Assembly (NCBI GenBank): GCA_051313645.2
Contig: JBNRSN020000005.1
Coordinates: forward strand, 141,236,001 to 141,300,000
Source: Centroscyllium fabricii
Taxonomy: Eukaryota
DNA: 64,000 nucleotides
Reading direction: 5' to 3'
Below the pieces are notes generated by a model. That model saw only the letters and a list, made by a program, of their open reading frames with translations, made no database searches and had not been told where the DNA came from. Positions 12,201 through 23,281 of this stretch are shown piece by piece (the first letter of the stretch is position 1; every line of letters begins with the position of its first letter). The position numbers and the translations under genes are program-made.

Positions 12201-13934
12201 TAATTGCCACAAGATCATACCCATATGTAATTATTTGTGCCGTCAACTCGTCTATTTTGTTATGAATACTACGTGCATTCAAATAAAGGACTTTCAAATA
12301 TGTTTGACAATTAATTCCTGCTTTTTCCCTTTTTACAACTTTACCTTTATCTCCATACATTCTTTCCCTTCCTGACACACTCTGTCTTTTAATTCCCCCA
12401 TTGTTACCTATGTCCATTACCTTCTCCATTGTCATATTATTTATTTGCTCTCTAGAAACCACCCCCCCCACCCCCCACGAATTAGTTTAAAGCCCTCTCT
12501 ACAGCCCTAGTTATATGATTCGCCAGGATGCTGGTCCCAGCTCAGTTAAGGTGAAGCCTGTCCCGCTGGAACAGATCTCTCCTGTCCCAGTACTGGTGCC
12601 AGTGTCCCAAGAAGCAAATCCCACTTCTCCCACACCAGTCTTTGAGCCACGCATTTAACTCCATAATTTTATTTACCCTAGCCAAATTTGCTCATGGCTC
12701 AGGTAATAATCCAGAGATTATTACCCTTGAGGTTCTATTTTTTAATTTGACCCCTAGCTGCTCATACACCTGTAAAAGTACCTTTTTCCTTGTCTTATCT
12801 ATGTCGCTGGTACCAACATGTACCAGGACAACTGGATCCACCCCCTCCCACTGCAAGTTACTCTCCAGCCCAGAAGAGATGTCCTTAACCCTAGCACTGG
12901 GCAGGCAACACAGCCTTCAGGACTCCTGCTCTCGGTTGCAGAGAACCCTAGCTATCCCCCTGATGATACTGTCCCCTACCACTACAACATTTCTATTAAC
13001 TCCCCCCTCTTGAATGGCCCCCCGTTCCATGGTGCTGTGGCCAGGTTGCTCATCCTCCCCACAGTTCCTGCTCCTGCCCTCACAGGGAGTAAGAGCCTCG
13101 AACCTGTTGGACAAGAGCAAGGTCTGTAGCTCCTCCAACACTAGCTCCTGGATTCCCGTACCTGCCTCACTCATAGTCACACAATCCTGTCCCTGACCAT
13201 GATCTACATTTAAATTAATTAATCTATTTGGTGTGGCTATCTCCTGTAAAACATAGTCCAGGTAACTCTCCCCCTCCCTGATGTGTCGCAGTGTCTGAAG
13301 CTCGGACTGTAGCTCATCAAAACGAAGCTGGAGTTCCTCATGCAACAAACACTTGCCGCAAATGTGGTCACCGCGAGCATCAATGGTGTCCATGAACACC
13401 CACATCTCGCAGCAGTAACACATCACCTGCTCACCCATTCTATATATTTAATTAAAGTTATTATTAGTTACGCAAAAACCCTTTGTCCCGATATAGCTGA
13501 ATATCACACTATTGAATAGGACTTTCCACTTATAAGATATAAAGTGTAAAAGGGGAGCAAGTGTACTTACCAACCAGCTGATTACCAACCTCCTTCAGAT
13601 TGCCCCGCCGCTCCTCCTCGGTGGTGTTGGCTGAGCATAAGATTTGGGACAGAAGCAAAACAGAGAAGCACCCCCTCACCTCCCACTTGCCCGAACTCTC
13701 CCACTTACCAAACTCTCACTAGCACTCTATGCCCTCCCCACTCCGTGCACACTGCACTAAGTCCCACCCCTTTTTAAAGCCTGATTCAACTTCCGGTTTT
13801 CTTCAAACTACTTTTAAATTAATACATTTAATATATTTTTAACTTAAACTCTCTTAAATAAATAAATAAAATAAAATATACTTTTCCAACCTTTTAAAGA
13901 TTCACCACTTTTGAACTCACTCCCAGCTCACAGC
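9227..13934 (-). mobile_element. Near full-length (4.7 kb) but disabled CR1 LINE
   Basis: ORF1 13438-~12480 with Cys finger (CYCCEMW...HICGKC) and esterase motif VVVGDSIIRG; ORF2 APE endonuclease (LYLNARS, AITETW, MGDFN) and RT (FLDFQKAFD, VPQGS, FADD) split by frameshifts; (TTCTTATG)n tail; 6-bp TSD TGACTT at 9221-9226 and 13935-13940. Confidence 0.95.
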
Positions 13935-15684
13935 TGACTTGGTCAGGCAAGAGAACTTAACAGATACTTCTCCATATTTGGACAATATCACTATTGCCGG
14001 ACATAATCAGAAGGAGTACGACGCCAACTTTCGGCACCTTTTTGATGTTCTCCATCATCGACACGTAACGTTGAACGAATCTAAATTGTTGAAATCGGTG
14101 CCATCGGTTAATGCCCTTGGCTACGGGGCGGGCAACGATGCCATTAACCAGACCCAGAGTGACTTTGTCCACTTCAGGAGCTCTCTACTCCTGCAAATCT
14201 CGGCTCTCTTCGTCGGGCACTTGGCATGTTTGCTCATTACGCAAAGTGGATACCTCACTTCTCTAATAAAATACAGCCCCTGCTTCATGCGAAGTCTTTT
14301 CCATTAGATGCAACGACTATTTCACCCTTCAACCTCCTCAAATGGCAGCTGGAGAAAGCTATGCTTCGCACTATCGAGGAAAACCTTCCCTTCGTGGTCG
14401 AGTGCGATGCATCAGAGGTAGCGATCTCGGCTACACTGAATCAAGATGGGCGACCTAGGGCAATCCTATCCAGAACCTTGCAGGGTAGCGAGCTCCATTA
14501 CCCCCCTCGTCGAGAAGGAGGCCACAGACATCATCGAAGCTGTGCACCAATGGAGTCATTTTCTTGCTCGTTGTCATTTTACACTCATAACTGACCAGCG
14601 TTCCATGGCCTTCATGTGGATAACCGGAAACGCACCAAAATCAAATGTAATATAATTCAACTTTGGCGGATGAAGTTGGCTGCCTTTCGATATAATATCC
14701 GTTATCGACCCGGCAAACAGAATGTGGCCCCACATACCTTCACACGGGCATTCTGCTCTTCAATGTCATCATCAACCCTGGTGGATCTCTATCTGGACTT
14801 ATGCCATCCGGTCGTAACTCGCATGCTGCACTTCATGCAATCCAAAAATCTACCATTCTCCACGGAAGATGTCAAGAAAGCTTGCTCCTCCTGCAGGATT
14901 TCTGCGGAATTGAAACCAAAATTCTTCCGCCCATCAGAAGGCGTACTCATACACGCTATGCAGCCCATGCAGCTACTCAGCATATACTTTAAAGAGCCAT
15001 TGCCCTCTTCTACACAAAATACCTACCTCCTTATGATGGTAGATGAGTATTCGCACATTCCCTTTGCCTTCCCCTGCCCTAATATGCTTACCTCTGTGGT
15101 TATCAAATGCCTCGATCACATCTTTTCTCTTTGTGGTAGGACCAATTTCATCCATTCCAATCGAGGTCCCTCCTTTATGTCAGGTGAACATAAAACCCAT
15201 CTCTCCTAATGAGGAATCGCCATAAGACAACACCACATCACCCAATTGGGAATGGGCAGGTCTGGTTGAGAAGGCCCAACAGCGCCTGTACTTCATAAGG
15301 AAGCTGAAGAAAGCCAGGCTGTCATCCGGCATCCTCTCCAACTTCTACTGCTGCACAATCGAAAGCATACTGACAAGCTGCATCACAGTCTGGTATGGAA
15401 ATTGCACCATCTTGGACCGGAACACCCTGCAGCGGGTAGTCAAAACTACCCAATGAATCACCGGTACCCAGCTACCGTCAATGGAAAGCATCTACCTCAA
15501 ACGCTGCCTACGGAGGTCTCTGAACATTATTAAAGACCCCACACACCCCAGCCACAGTCTGTTCGCCCCCCTGCCCTCCGGGAGACGCTACAGATCAATT
15601 CGTACCCGCATGACTAGATTTAAGAACAGCTTCTTCCCCAGGGCTGTCAGCCTCCTGAACTCTAAAAATAAACTACGGTACCTG

Positions 15685-18600
15685 TGATACCATCAATTAC
15701 TCGAGTCAGAGAGCGAGTTAACTTAGGCTTTAATAAACTTAGAACAAGCGTAAGGGATCACAGGTATCGTTAGTACAGTACAGTAGAGAGGAGGTCAGAA
15801 CCCACGAGTGCTGACCTTTATACCCCCAGGGTCAGAGGCGTGGCCTACCCGAGGTCCTCCAGGTACAGGTCTCCCAAGTCTGGCTGGGCAAGAGTAGACA
15901 CGCCCTAAGGCATGTACATACACATAGTTGGTGTTATAGCCAATATCACCACATTCACCCACTGTTAAAGAATTTCAGTACCAGGGGGGGCACAACAATA
16001 CCTAACATATGTACAGACAGTATTTACAAAGGTTCCGAGATGTTCCAAAAAAATTGTGGCCGCCTGTTCATGCCAGGTCACATTGAGCAGACCAGGCGGT
16101 CTGGCTGGCATCGCACCCTCGACGACCGTCTGAGCTGCTGGTCCTGCCGTTCGGTATCGGTACCTGGGGAAGCCGAAGGAATATACGTTAGCAGCGCGTC
16201 ACCAGGGAATACGGCGGTATGGGTCGGTGGGGGGCTGGGCACGGGCTGCGATGTGGTAGGTGCCGGCTGGGCCCACGACGAGAGGAAGGGGGGTGGGGGC
16301 GGAGTTGTGGTCGCAGGGGCGCCTGCGGGCGCCAGGTCTTTAATAGAGACTGTGTCCTTCCTGCCATCAGGGAACTCCACATAGGCATACTGCGGGTTAG
16401 CATGGAGGAGGAGTACCCTGTCGACCAGTGGGTCGGTCTTATAGTGCCGTACATGGCGCCGCAACAGTACTGGGCCCGGGGAGGCTAGCCACGACGGCAG
16501 CGACATCCCCGAGACGGACTTCCTGGGGAAGGAAAACATCCGTTCGTGCGGCGTTGCGTTGGTCGCTGTACAAAGAAGCGACTGTACGGCGTGTAGAGCG
16601 TCCGAGAGAACCGCCTGCCAGCGTGAGGCTGGAAGGCCCCTGGACCTGAGTGCCAGGCGGACCGCCTTCCAGACAGTGCCATTCTCGCGCTCTACTTGGC
16701 CATTGCCCCGGGGGTTGTAGCTCGTTGTCCTGCTCGACGAGATTCCTCTCGCGAGTAGGAACTGGCGCAGTTCGTCGCTCATAAAAGCAGACCCCCGGTC
16801 AGAGTGTATGAATGAGGGGAAGCCGAATATTGTGAATATCGGGGCGAGGGCGTTGATGACTGTGGCAGCAGTCATATCAGTGCAGGGTATCGCAAATGGG
16901 AAACGGGAGTATTCGTCCACGACTGTGAGGAAGTAGACATTCCTGTCGGTGGACGGGAGTGGGCCCTTAAAATCGATACTAAGGCGTTCGAAGGGCCGAG
17001 AGGACTTAATCAGGTGTGCCTTGTCCGGTCGGAAAAACTGCGGCTTGCATTCCGCACAGACCGGACAATCCCTGACTATCTCCCTAACCTCCGCAATACT
17101 ATACGGTAGATTGTGGGCTTTGATAAAATGATAGAAGCGGGTGACCCCCGGGTGGCAGAGGTTATTATGCAGAGCCTGCAGTCTGCCCGCCTGCACGCTG
17201 GCGCAGGTCCCGCGGGACAGTGCATCGGACGGCTCGTTGAGTCTACCTGGCCTGTACAAAATATCATAATTAAAGGTGGACAATTCGATCCTCCACCTCA
17301 AGATCTTATCGTTCTTAATTTTTCCCCGCTGTGTGTTACTAAACATAAATGCTACCGACCTCTGATCGGTGAGCAGGGTAAATTTTCTACCGGCCAGGTA
17401 GTGTCTCCAGTGGCGCACCGCTTCGATAATGGCTTGGGCCTCTTTTTCCACGGAGGAATGCCGTGCTTCCGAGCCCGAGAGGGTACGGGAAAAGAAGGCA
17501 ACGGGTCTGCCTGCTTGGTTCAGGGTCGCCGCCAGGGCGAAGTCGGACACGTCGCTCTCCACTTGGAAAGGCACGTCCTCATCAATGGCGGACATTGCAG
17601 CTTTTACTATATCGGCTTTAAGTTGCTTAAAAGCCGTTAGTGCCGCTGCCGACAGGGGAAAAACAGTGGCCCGCATCAGAGGCCGGGCTTTGTCCGCAAA
17701 TTTCGGGACCCACTGCGCGTAATACGCGAACAGCCCCATGCACCGCTTTAGAGCTTTGGGTGTCTTGGGAAGGGGATACTCAATCAGCGGGCGCATTCGG
17801 TCAGGGTCCGGGCCGATTAACCCGTTTTCCACCACACAGCCCAAAATAGCCAGGCATCTGGTGCGGAAAACACATTTATCTTTGTTGTAGGTCAAATTCA
17901 GGGATTTGGCTGTTTTCAAAAATTTAGCGAGGTTCTCGTCGTGGTCCTCGTCCGAGTGGCCGCAGATAGTGACGTTATCTAGATAGGGAAAGGTGGCCCT
18001 GAGCCCGTGTTCGTCTACCATTCTATCCATTTCCCTCTGGAAGACGGACACTCCGTTCGTCACTCCGAAGGGAACCCGAAGGAACTGGTAGAGGCGACCA
18101 TCCGCTTCGAAAGCGGTGTAGGGGCGCTCCTCTCTGAGGATTGGGACCTGGTGATATGCCGCTTTAAGGTCTATAGTCGAATAGACTTTGTATTGTGCAA
18201 TTTCATTTACCATGTCCGAGATCCGGGGAAGGGGGTACGCATCGAGGAGTGTAAACCGGTTTATGGTCTGACTGTAGTCGACCACCATCCTGTTCTTCTC
18301 CCCCGTCTTTACCACTACTACTTGGGCCCTCCAGGGGCTGCGGCTGGCTTCAATCACCCCCTCTGCCAACAGTCGCTTCACCTCGGTGCCAATAAACGCC
18401 CGGTCTGCAGCACTATACCGCCTGCTCTTTGAGGCAATCGGTGCGCAGTCCGGCGTGAGGTTCGCGAACAGTTTCGGGGGTGAGATCCGTAAAGTGGTGA
18501 GCCCACAAAGCGGGCGCTCACGGGGGGTACTCGACTCGACCGTCAGGGGTGGGAGAGGGCCGCCGTATGCCAAGGTGACACTCTGCAGGTGGCTCTGGAA

Positions 18601-20197
18601 ATCGAGCCCCAATAACACTGGGGCGCACAAGTGGGGTAACACAAACAGTTTAAAATTACAGTATTTTACCCCGCGAACTACAAGTGATACTACGCAATAC
18701 CCCACAACCTGCGCCGATTCTGAGTCCGCCGCCAAGGCGATGCGTTTTAAACAGGGGCGGATCGACAGGTGAAGACGGTCAGCAGTCTCGGGGGAAATAA
18801 AACTATCAGTACTACCCGTATCAAATAAACAGTTACAGTTTTGTTCGTTTACCTGGACGTCCATCATTGATTTCTGCAGTTCATGGGGTTTTGATTGGTC
18901 CAAAGTGATGGACGCCAGCACGGTTGATGAGTCGTCTTCATCCGAATATTCGGGGTCGGAGTCAAGTCGAAGACTCTCAAAATGGCCGCTGCCTCGTGGT
19001 GATGAACTAAGATGGCCGCTCCTCCTAGCTGTGGCCTCAAGATGGCCGCCGCCTCGTGGTGCTCCCTCGCGGTCATCTACCTCCGTGTAGTAGGAACGTG
19101 GTGCCGCTCTCGCTCCGCTGCAGATGGGGGCTGCCTTCTTTTTCTGCCCTGTTGCGCGGCACATCGCGGCATAGTGCCCCTTCTTTCCACACCCCGAGCA
19201 CGTAGCATCTTTGGCTGGGCAGCGCAGTCTAGAGTGCCTAGCTTTTCCGCAAAAGAAACACTTTTGGTTGGTTTCAGGCCTGCTTCTTCCTGCCGCTGCT
19301 GTTAGCGCTGGGGTAGGAGTTGGGGCTGGGGATGCCCACGTAGGCGCGCTTGGTTGGCCATACGTGGTGGATCTCCGATCTGCATTGTCCAGATTTACAA
19401 TCAGGGAGGCTGCTTCTTTTAACGTTAGCTCATCCCGTTCTAGCAGTCGGGCCCTGATATATGGGGAGTATACCCCTCTTACCAGAGCGTCCAGTGCCAG
19501 TTCGTTGTAGTGTTCGTCCGCCGTCAGGGGGCCAGGGGCGCAATCGCGGGTCAGCGCACAAATTTCTTTCACGAATTTGGCGCCCGGTTCCTCGGCGCTC
19601 TGGGCCCTCTGAGTCAACAAGTGCCTTAAGTGAACAGCGTTGGCTGCTGGCACAAAGTGTTCTTTCAGCTTCTTCATGGCCTGTTCGTAATCTGACTCCC
19701 CTTCGATGAGGTGGTAATGGTCAGCACTGATTCTGCAGTGTAGAATTCGGCTCTTCTGCTGATCAGTTGAAGCGGTCTTTTTCACTTCGTCGATATAACT
19801 CCTTAGCTGTTGTTCCCAGTGTTTATACCGGCGTTCGGCATCGGGAGCAGTCGCATCAATTTCCAAGATCGGGACAGCCAGAATTCGGTCCATTTTTGGA
19901 TTTTAGCGACGATCTAAGTTTATTAAATTGATACCATCAATTACTCGAGTCAGAGAGCGAGTTAACTTAGGCTTTAATAAACTTAGAACAAGCGTAAGGG
20001 ATCACAGGTATCGTTAGTACAGTACAGTAGAGAGGAGGTCAGAACCCACGAGTGCTGACCTTTATACCCCCAGGGTCAGAGGCGTGGCCTACCCGAGGTC
20101 CTCCAGGTACAGGTCTCCCAAGTCTGGCTAGGCAAGAGTAGACACGCCCTAAGGCATGTACATACACATAGTTGGTGTTATAGCCAATATCACCACA
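15685..20197 (-). mobile_element. Young intact Gypsy LTR retrotransposon (4.5 kb, 269-bp LTRs at 15685-15953 and 19929-20197)
   Basis: LTRs differ by one substitution seen; 5-bp TSD ACCTG; empty site at 28280-28284; single long ORF. Confidence 0.97.
16078..19893 (-). CDS. Gag-Pol polyprotein, 1271 aa (two Zn knuckles, protease, RT, RNase H, integrase)
   Basis: CFFCGKARHSRLRC and CSGCGKKGHYAAMC; LFDTGS; PFGVTNG...YLDN; VESDVS; H..HPG..CPVC zinc motif, IDFKG, SDRG, GQVER. Confidence 0.95.
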   Translation of the reverse strand: MDRILAVPILEIDATAPDAERRYKHWEQQLRSYIDEVKKTASTDQQKSRILHCRISADHYHLIEGESDYEQAMKKLKEHFVPAANAVHLRHLLTQRAQSAEEPGAKFVKEICALTRDCAPGPLTADEHYNELALDALVRGVYSPYIRARLLERDELTLKEAASLIVNLDNADRRSTTYGQPSAPTWASPAPTPTPALTAAAGRSRPETNQKCFFCGKARHSRLRCPAKDATCSGCGKKGHYAAMCRATGQKKKAAPICSGARAAPRSYYTEVDDREGAPRGGGHLEATARRSGHLSSSPRGSGHFESLRLDSDPEYSDEDDSSTVLASITLDQSKPHELQKSMMDVQVNEQNCNCLFDTGSTDSFISPETADRLHLSIRPCLKRIALAADSESAQVVGYCVVSLVVRGVKYCNFKLFVLPHLCAPVLLGLDFQSHLQSVTLAYGGPLPPLTVESSTPRERPLCGLTTLRISPPKLFANLTPDCAPIASKSRRYSAADRAFIGTEVKRLLAEGVIEASRSPWRAQVVVVKTGEKNRMVVDYSQTINRFTLLDAYPLPRISDMVNEIAQYKVYSTIDLKAAYHQVPILREERPYTAFEADGRLYQFLRVPFGVTNGVSVFQREMDRMVDEHGLRATFPYLDNVTICGHSDEDHDENLAKFLKTAKSLNLTYNKDKCVFRTRCLAILGCVVENGLIGPDPDRMRPLIEYPLPKTPKALKRCMGLFAYYAQWVPKFADKARPLMRATVFPLSAAALTAFKQLKADIVKAAMSAIDEDVPFQVESDVSDFALAATLNQAGRPVAFFSRTLSGSEARHSSVEKEAQAIIEAVRHWRHYLAGRKFTLLTDQRSVAFMFSNTQRGKIKNDKILRWRIELSTFNYDILYRPGRLNEPSDALSRGTCASVQAGRLQALHNNLCHPGVTRFYHFIKAHNLPYSIAEVREIVRDCPVCAECKPQFFRPDKAHLIKSSRPFERLSIDFKGPLPSTDRNVYFLTVVDEYSRFPFAIPCTDMTAATVINALAPIFTIFGFPSFIHSDRGSAFMSDELRQFLLARGISSSRTTSYNPRGNGQVERENGTVWKAVRLALRSRGLPASRWQAVLSDALHAVQSLLCTATNATPHERMFSFPRKSVSGMSLPSWLASPGPVLLRRHVRHYKTDPLVDRVLLLHANPQYAYVEFPDGRKDTVSIKDLAPAGAPATTTPPPPPFLSSWAQPAPTTSQPVPSPPPTHTAVFPGDALLTYIPSASPGTDTERQDQQLRRSSRVRCQPDRLVCSM

Positions 20198-22312
20198 ACC
20201 TGCACACCTAAAAAAGTAATTTACTGTATGCAATTTGCATGTAATTTATTTGCACTACTCTCGGGAGCGTTGAGTCTTCGTCTCGTTGAATTGTACTAGT
20301 ACTCTGCAATGACAATAAAACTTGAATGGAATTGAATTGAATTGAATTGAGCGATACAACGCCATCATCTGTAACGCTGTCCGCCTGGCACTGAGGTCAG
20401 GCAACGTACCCGACCAGCAATGGGAAACTGTACTCCCTGACGTATTATACTATATTAGGTCGCTCCTTTCTACGGCTATTAATGTCACACCTCATGAGTG
20501 ATTCTTTAACTTTCGGCGTCGCTCCTCACATGGGACATATCTACCATCATGGTTGGTGGCCCCAGTGCACGTGCTACTCCAGAGATTCGTCCGATCAGCC
20601 AAGAATGACCCCCTCATGGATGAGCTGGAACTAACAGAGGTAAACCCCACGTATACACACGTGCGGTACCCTGATGGCCGGGAGTCCACCGTCTCGCTCA
20701 AGGATCTGGCTCCCTGCCCAACCGGTCATAAGAGTCCAAATGAACAGGGATTCCGCAATGATAACACTCTACCCCCTTACGAAAATGACACCCAAACTGG
20801 GACATCGAGGGATCTGCTAGCTACGCTGCTGGATCAATTCAGGGAGTCAAGCACTCCCTGTGGGATGGCCACCCGAAACCAGGATGCCGGTCAGTCCCCA
20901 GCTATGACTCAGGATGAGGCCAGCTCGCCGCCTGTGGGGACCCGCACCCGGAGTCCAGATATTCCCCGTCCTCCACCGGATGATCAAAACGACACAGACT
21001 CTACCGGCCCACCGGTACGGGCCAAGCGACCCAGGGACCAGGACATGGAGGAAGGCGGAAAGCTTGGAGGGCTGGAAGAAGTTCCCCCACTAAGCTTTGT
21101 GTGGCTGCATTCACATGTCATTGGTATGTACCCAGGGCTGCCACCCAATTGTTGACATGTGGGTGCCAGTTGTTCTGCTGCTTTAGCCTATGGCTGTTGC
21201 CCATGAAGCAGTAATCCAGCAACAGATCAGCTCCCCCTCGGGAGAGAGACGAGACATATTCCAACTCCTGACCTGTCAGTCAGCGCTCAGTCTCCCTGGA
21301 AACATGCTGTTCCCAACTCAGACATGTTCCAGCCTTTTAAAACTGGGAAAACTGAAAGCTGATGATCTAATCTCCACCTGTCGGCTTTCAGATCTGATCA
21401 CCACATGTAGTGATTGGGAAAGATTAACAAACATCTTGATGTGCCTTAAATAGAGACTGAGACAGGTAGTTATAACTCAAACAGTTGCCTTTTAATAGCT
21501 TAGAACGGGACCACACTGGAGCCACATGTTGCCTTACAGAAATGGCTTCTCAGACTGAACAAGGAGGCGGAGCCAGGGGCGAGGTCACAGATCTGGACAA
21601 TCAATGGCACAACAGAGTGAACACAGCATTCCAGGCCAACCAAGAAAACAGCAGGGTTGCAATAGATTACAATAGGTAACTGTACACAGGTAGAATGAGG
21701 TATACTTATAAGACTTATTTCACCACACATCTGTATCAGCCCAGTAACCATTTAACACTTCTGAAAGATCAATATATTAGTTTTGATTGAGGACTGTCAT
21801 AGGTTGGCTCTTCCCCTTTAACTCTTAGGTTGGCTCTTCCCCTTTAACTGGTTATCACCTCGTTAGCTCTACTGCCTGCACCTGATTGAACAGCCCAGAT
21901 TCACCAGTGATAATCAAGAGCTGTATATAAGCTCCTACTTTCCACCTAGAGGTTGCCAGATCGTTTGTTCTTTCTGACTGTGATACCTGTGTGCAGTTCC
22001 AAGCTCTCTGATCCTGCCTGTTCGAGATACTGACCTGCTTTCAGGAATTTCGATTCTCTTCTGCCTGACCTCGTTTTAGATTTGTCGCTCCAGTGGACGG
22101 ACTACCCGGTATTGAACTGTTTCTGTATTTGGATTCTCTTCTGCCTGAACTCTGTTTTGGACTTGTTGCCTTCGTGAACTTTCTGCCGATATCGACCTAC
22201 TGTTTCCTATGTCTTCTACTGCTCAGAAATAAAGGAGTTTACTTCTACGTATGTTTTCGGTGTCTTGCATTTGGGCCCAACCTACAACCATTACAGAACG
22301 ATCTGGCCTGAA

Positions 22313-23281
22313 ATGGACCCAGCAGACACACCGAATCGTCTTGCACAGGTCGAGTGCGCTCTAAGGCACCAGGGGCAGGCCTTGGGGAAGCTATTCACTC
22401 AATTGGAGCAGCTAACCGCCGCCCTGATCCAACAGGCTGCTAAGGACGCGGAAGGGATCCCACCACCACCAGTTCTTGCTCCAGCATCGGTGTCGGCATC
22501 CATGCCTCACCCACAAGGCCTCACACCAGAACCCCGGGTCGGGGTCCCGGAGCATTATGCCGGTGAACCTGAGGAATGCAATCCCTTTCTCACAAACTGT
22601 TCCATTCTTTTTGCATTACAGCCCCACACCTTTGCCAATGAGGCGGCAAAGGTAGCCTTTGTTATTAACCACCTTACAGGAAGAGCTCGCCTCTGGGGAA
22701 CCGCTGAGTGGGAGAGAGAGACTCTGGCTTGCTCTTCCTTCCAGAGGTTTGCCATCGAATTAAGAAAGCTGTTCGGCATGGTGACCTACGGCTCTGAAGC
22801 AGCTCGGGGACTCATGAATCTGAGCCAGGGTAATCAGACAGTGGCCGACTATTCCATAGATTTCCGAATCAGAGCTCGTCAGAGTGATTGGAACTCTGCT
22901 GCATTATGTGACGTTTTTCTCCATGGGCTTGCAGAGTACATCAAGGATGAACTGGTCTCCTATGATCTCCCTTCCACCCTGGATGAACTAATTAGTCTTG
23001 CCACCAGGATTGACCTCCGTATCCAGGCGCGTCGACGTGAGAGACGACTGGGAACGACTGGTCGACCCCCTCCGAAACAGTCTCAAGAGATTTCCGTGGC
23101 ACCCAGGTCTACTGCGACAGCAAGGTCACAGTCAGTGGGGCCCGAACCGATGCAGTTGGGTCACACCAGTCTCTCATTGGAGGAGCATGAACGACGCCGC
23201 CATGGGAATCTCTGTCTGTACTGTGGTCAGGCCGGCCATTTTGTTTCCCGATGCCCAGCAAAAGGCCGGGCTCACCAGTAG
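22313..23281 (+). CDS. gag: Sushi-type Gag (retrotransposon gag domain, QGNQTVADYS motif, EPMQLG, CCHC knuckle)
   Basis: ATG at 22313 (MDPAD); CLYCGQAGHFVSRC; open to TAG 23281. Confidence 0.9.
   Translation: MDPADTPNRLAQVECALRHQGQALGKLFTQLEQLTAALIQQAAKDAEGIPPPPVLAPASVSASMPHPQGLTPEPRVGVPEHYAGEPEECNPFLTNCSILFALQPHTFANEAAKVAFVINHLTGRARLWGTAEWERETLACSSFQRFAIELRKLFGMVTYGSEAARGLMNLSQGNQTVADYSIDFRIRARQSDWNSAALCDVFLHGLAEYIKDELVSYDLPSTLDELISLATRIDLRIQARRRERRLGTTGRPPPKQSQEISVAPRSTATARSQSVGPEPMQLGHTSLSLEEHERRRHGNLCLYCGQAGHFVSRCPAKGRAHQ

Larger units (their letters stand above)
15260..20348 (+). mobile_element. Rex1/Babar 3' fragment split by a young Gypsy
   Basis: ORF 15481-15687 (DPTHPSHSLFAPLPSGRRYRS); resumes at 20198 and ends in (TTGAA)n; uninterrupted copy at 27861-28431. 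Confidence 0.9.
5623..20770 (+). mobile_element. Old, fragmented Gypsy element of the YLDN family that hosts several nested insertions
   Basis: 5' LTR ~5623-5849 (TATA 5697, AATAAA 5796); gag 5945-6900 with CFFCG..HCRKFC and CNYCSKKEHFSKVC knuckles; protease ~6940-7180; RT pieces 8846-9226 and from 13941 (YLDN); RNase H (VECDAS); integrase 14616-15260 resuming at 20349 (GNGQV / ERYN). Confidence 0.85.

Noticed and set aside
20553-21155. 200-aa ORF conserved at 28635-29237
   Set aside because: Integrase C-terminal remnant running into unrelated sequence; conservation is explained by the recent tandem duplication.
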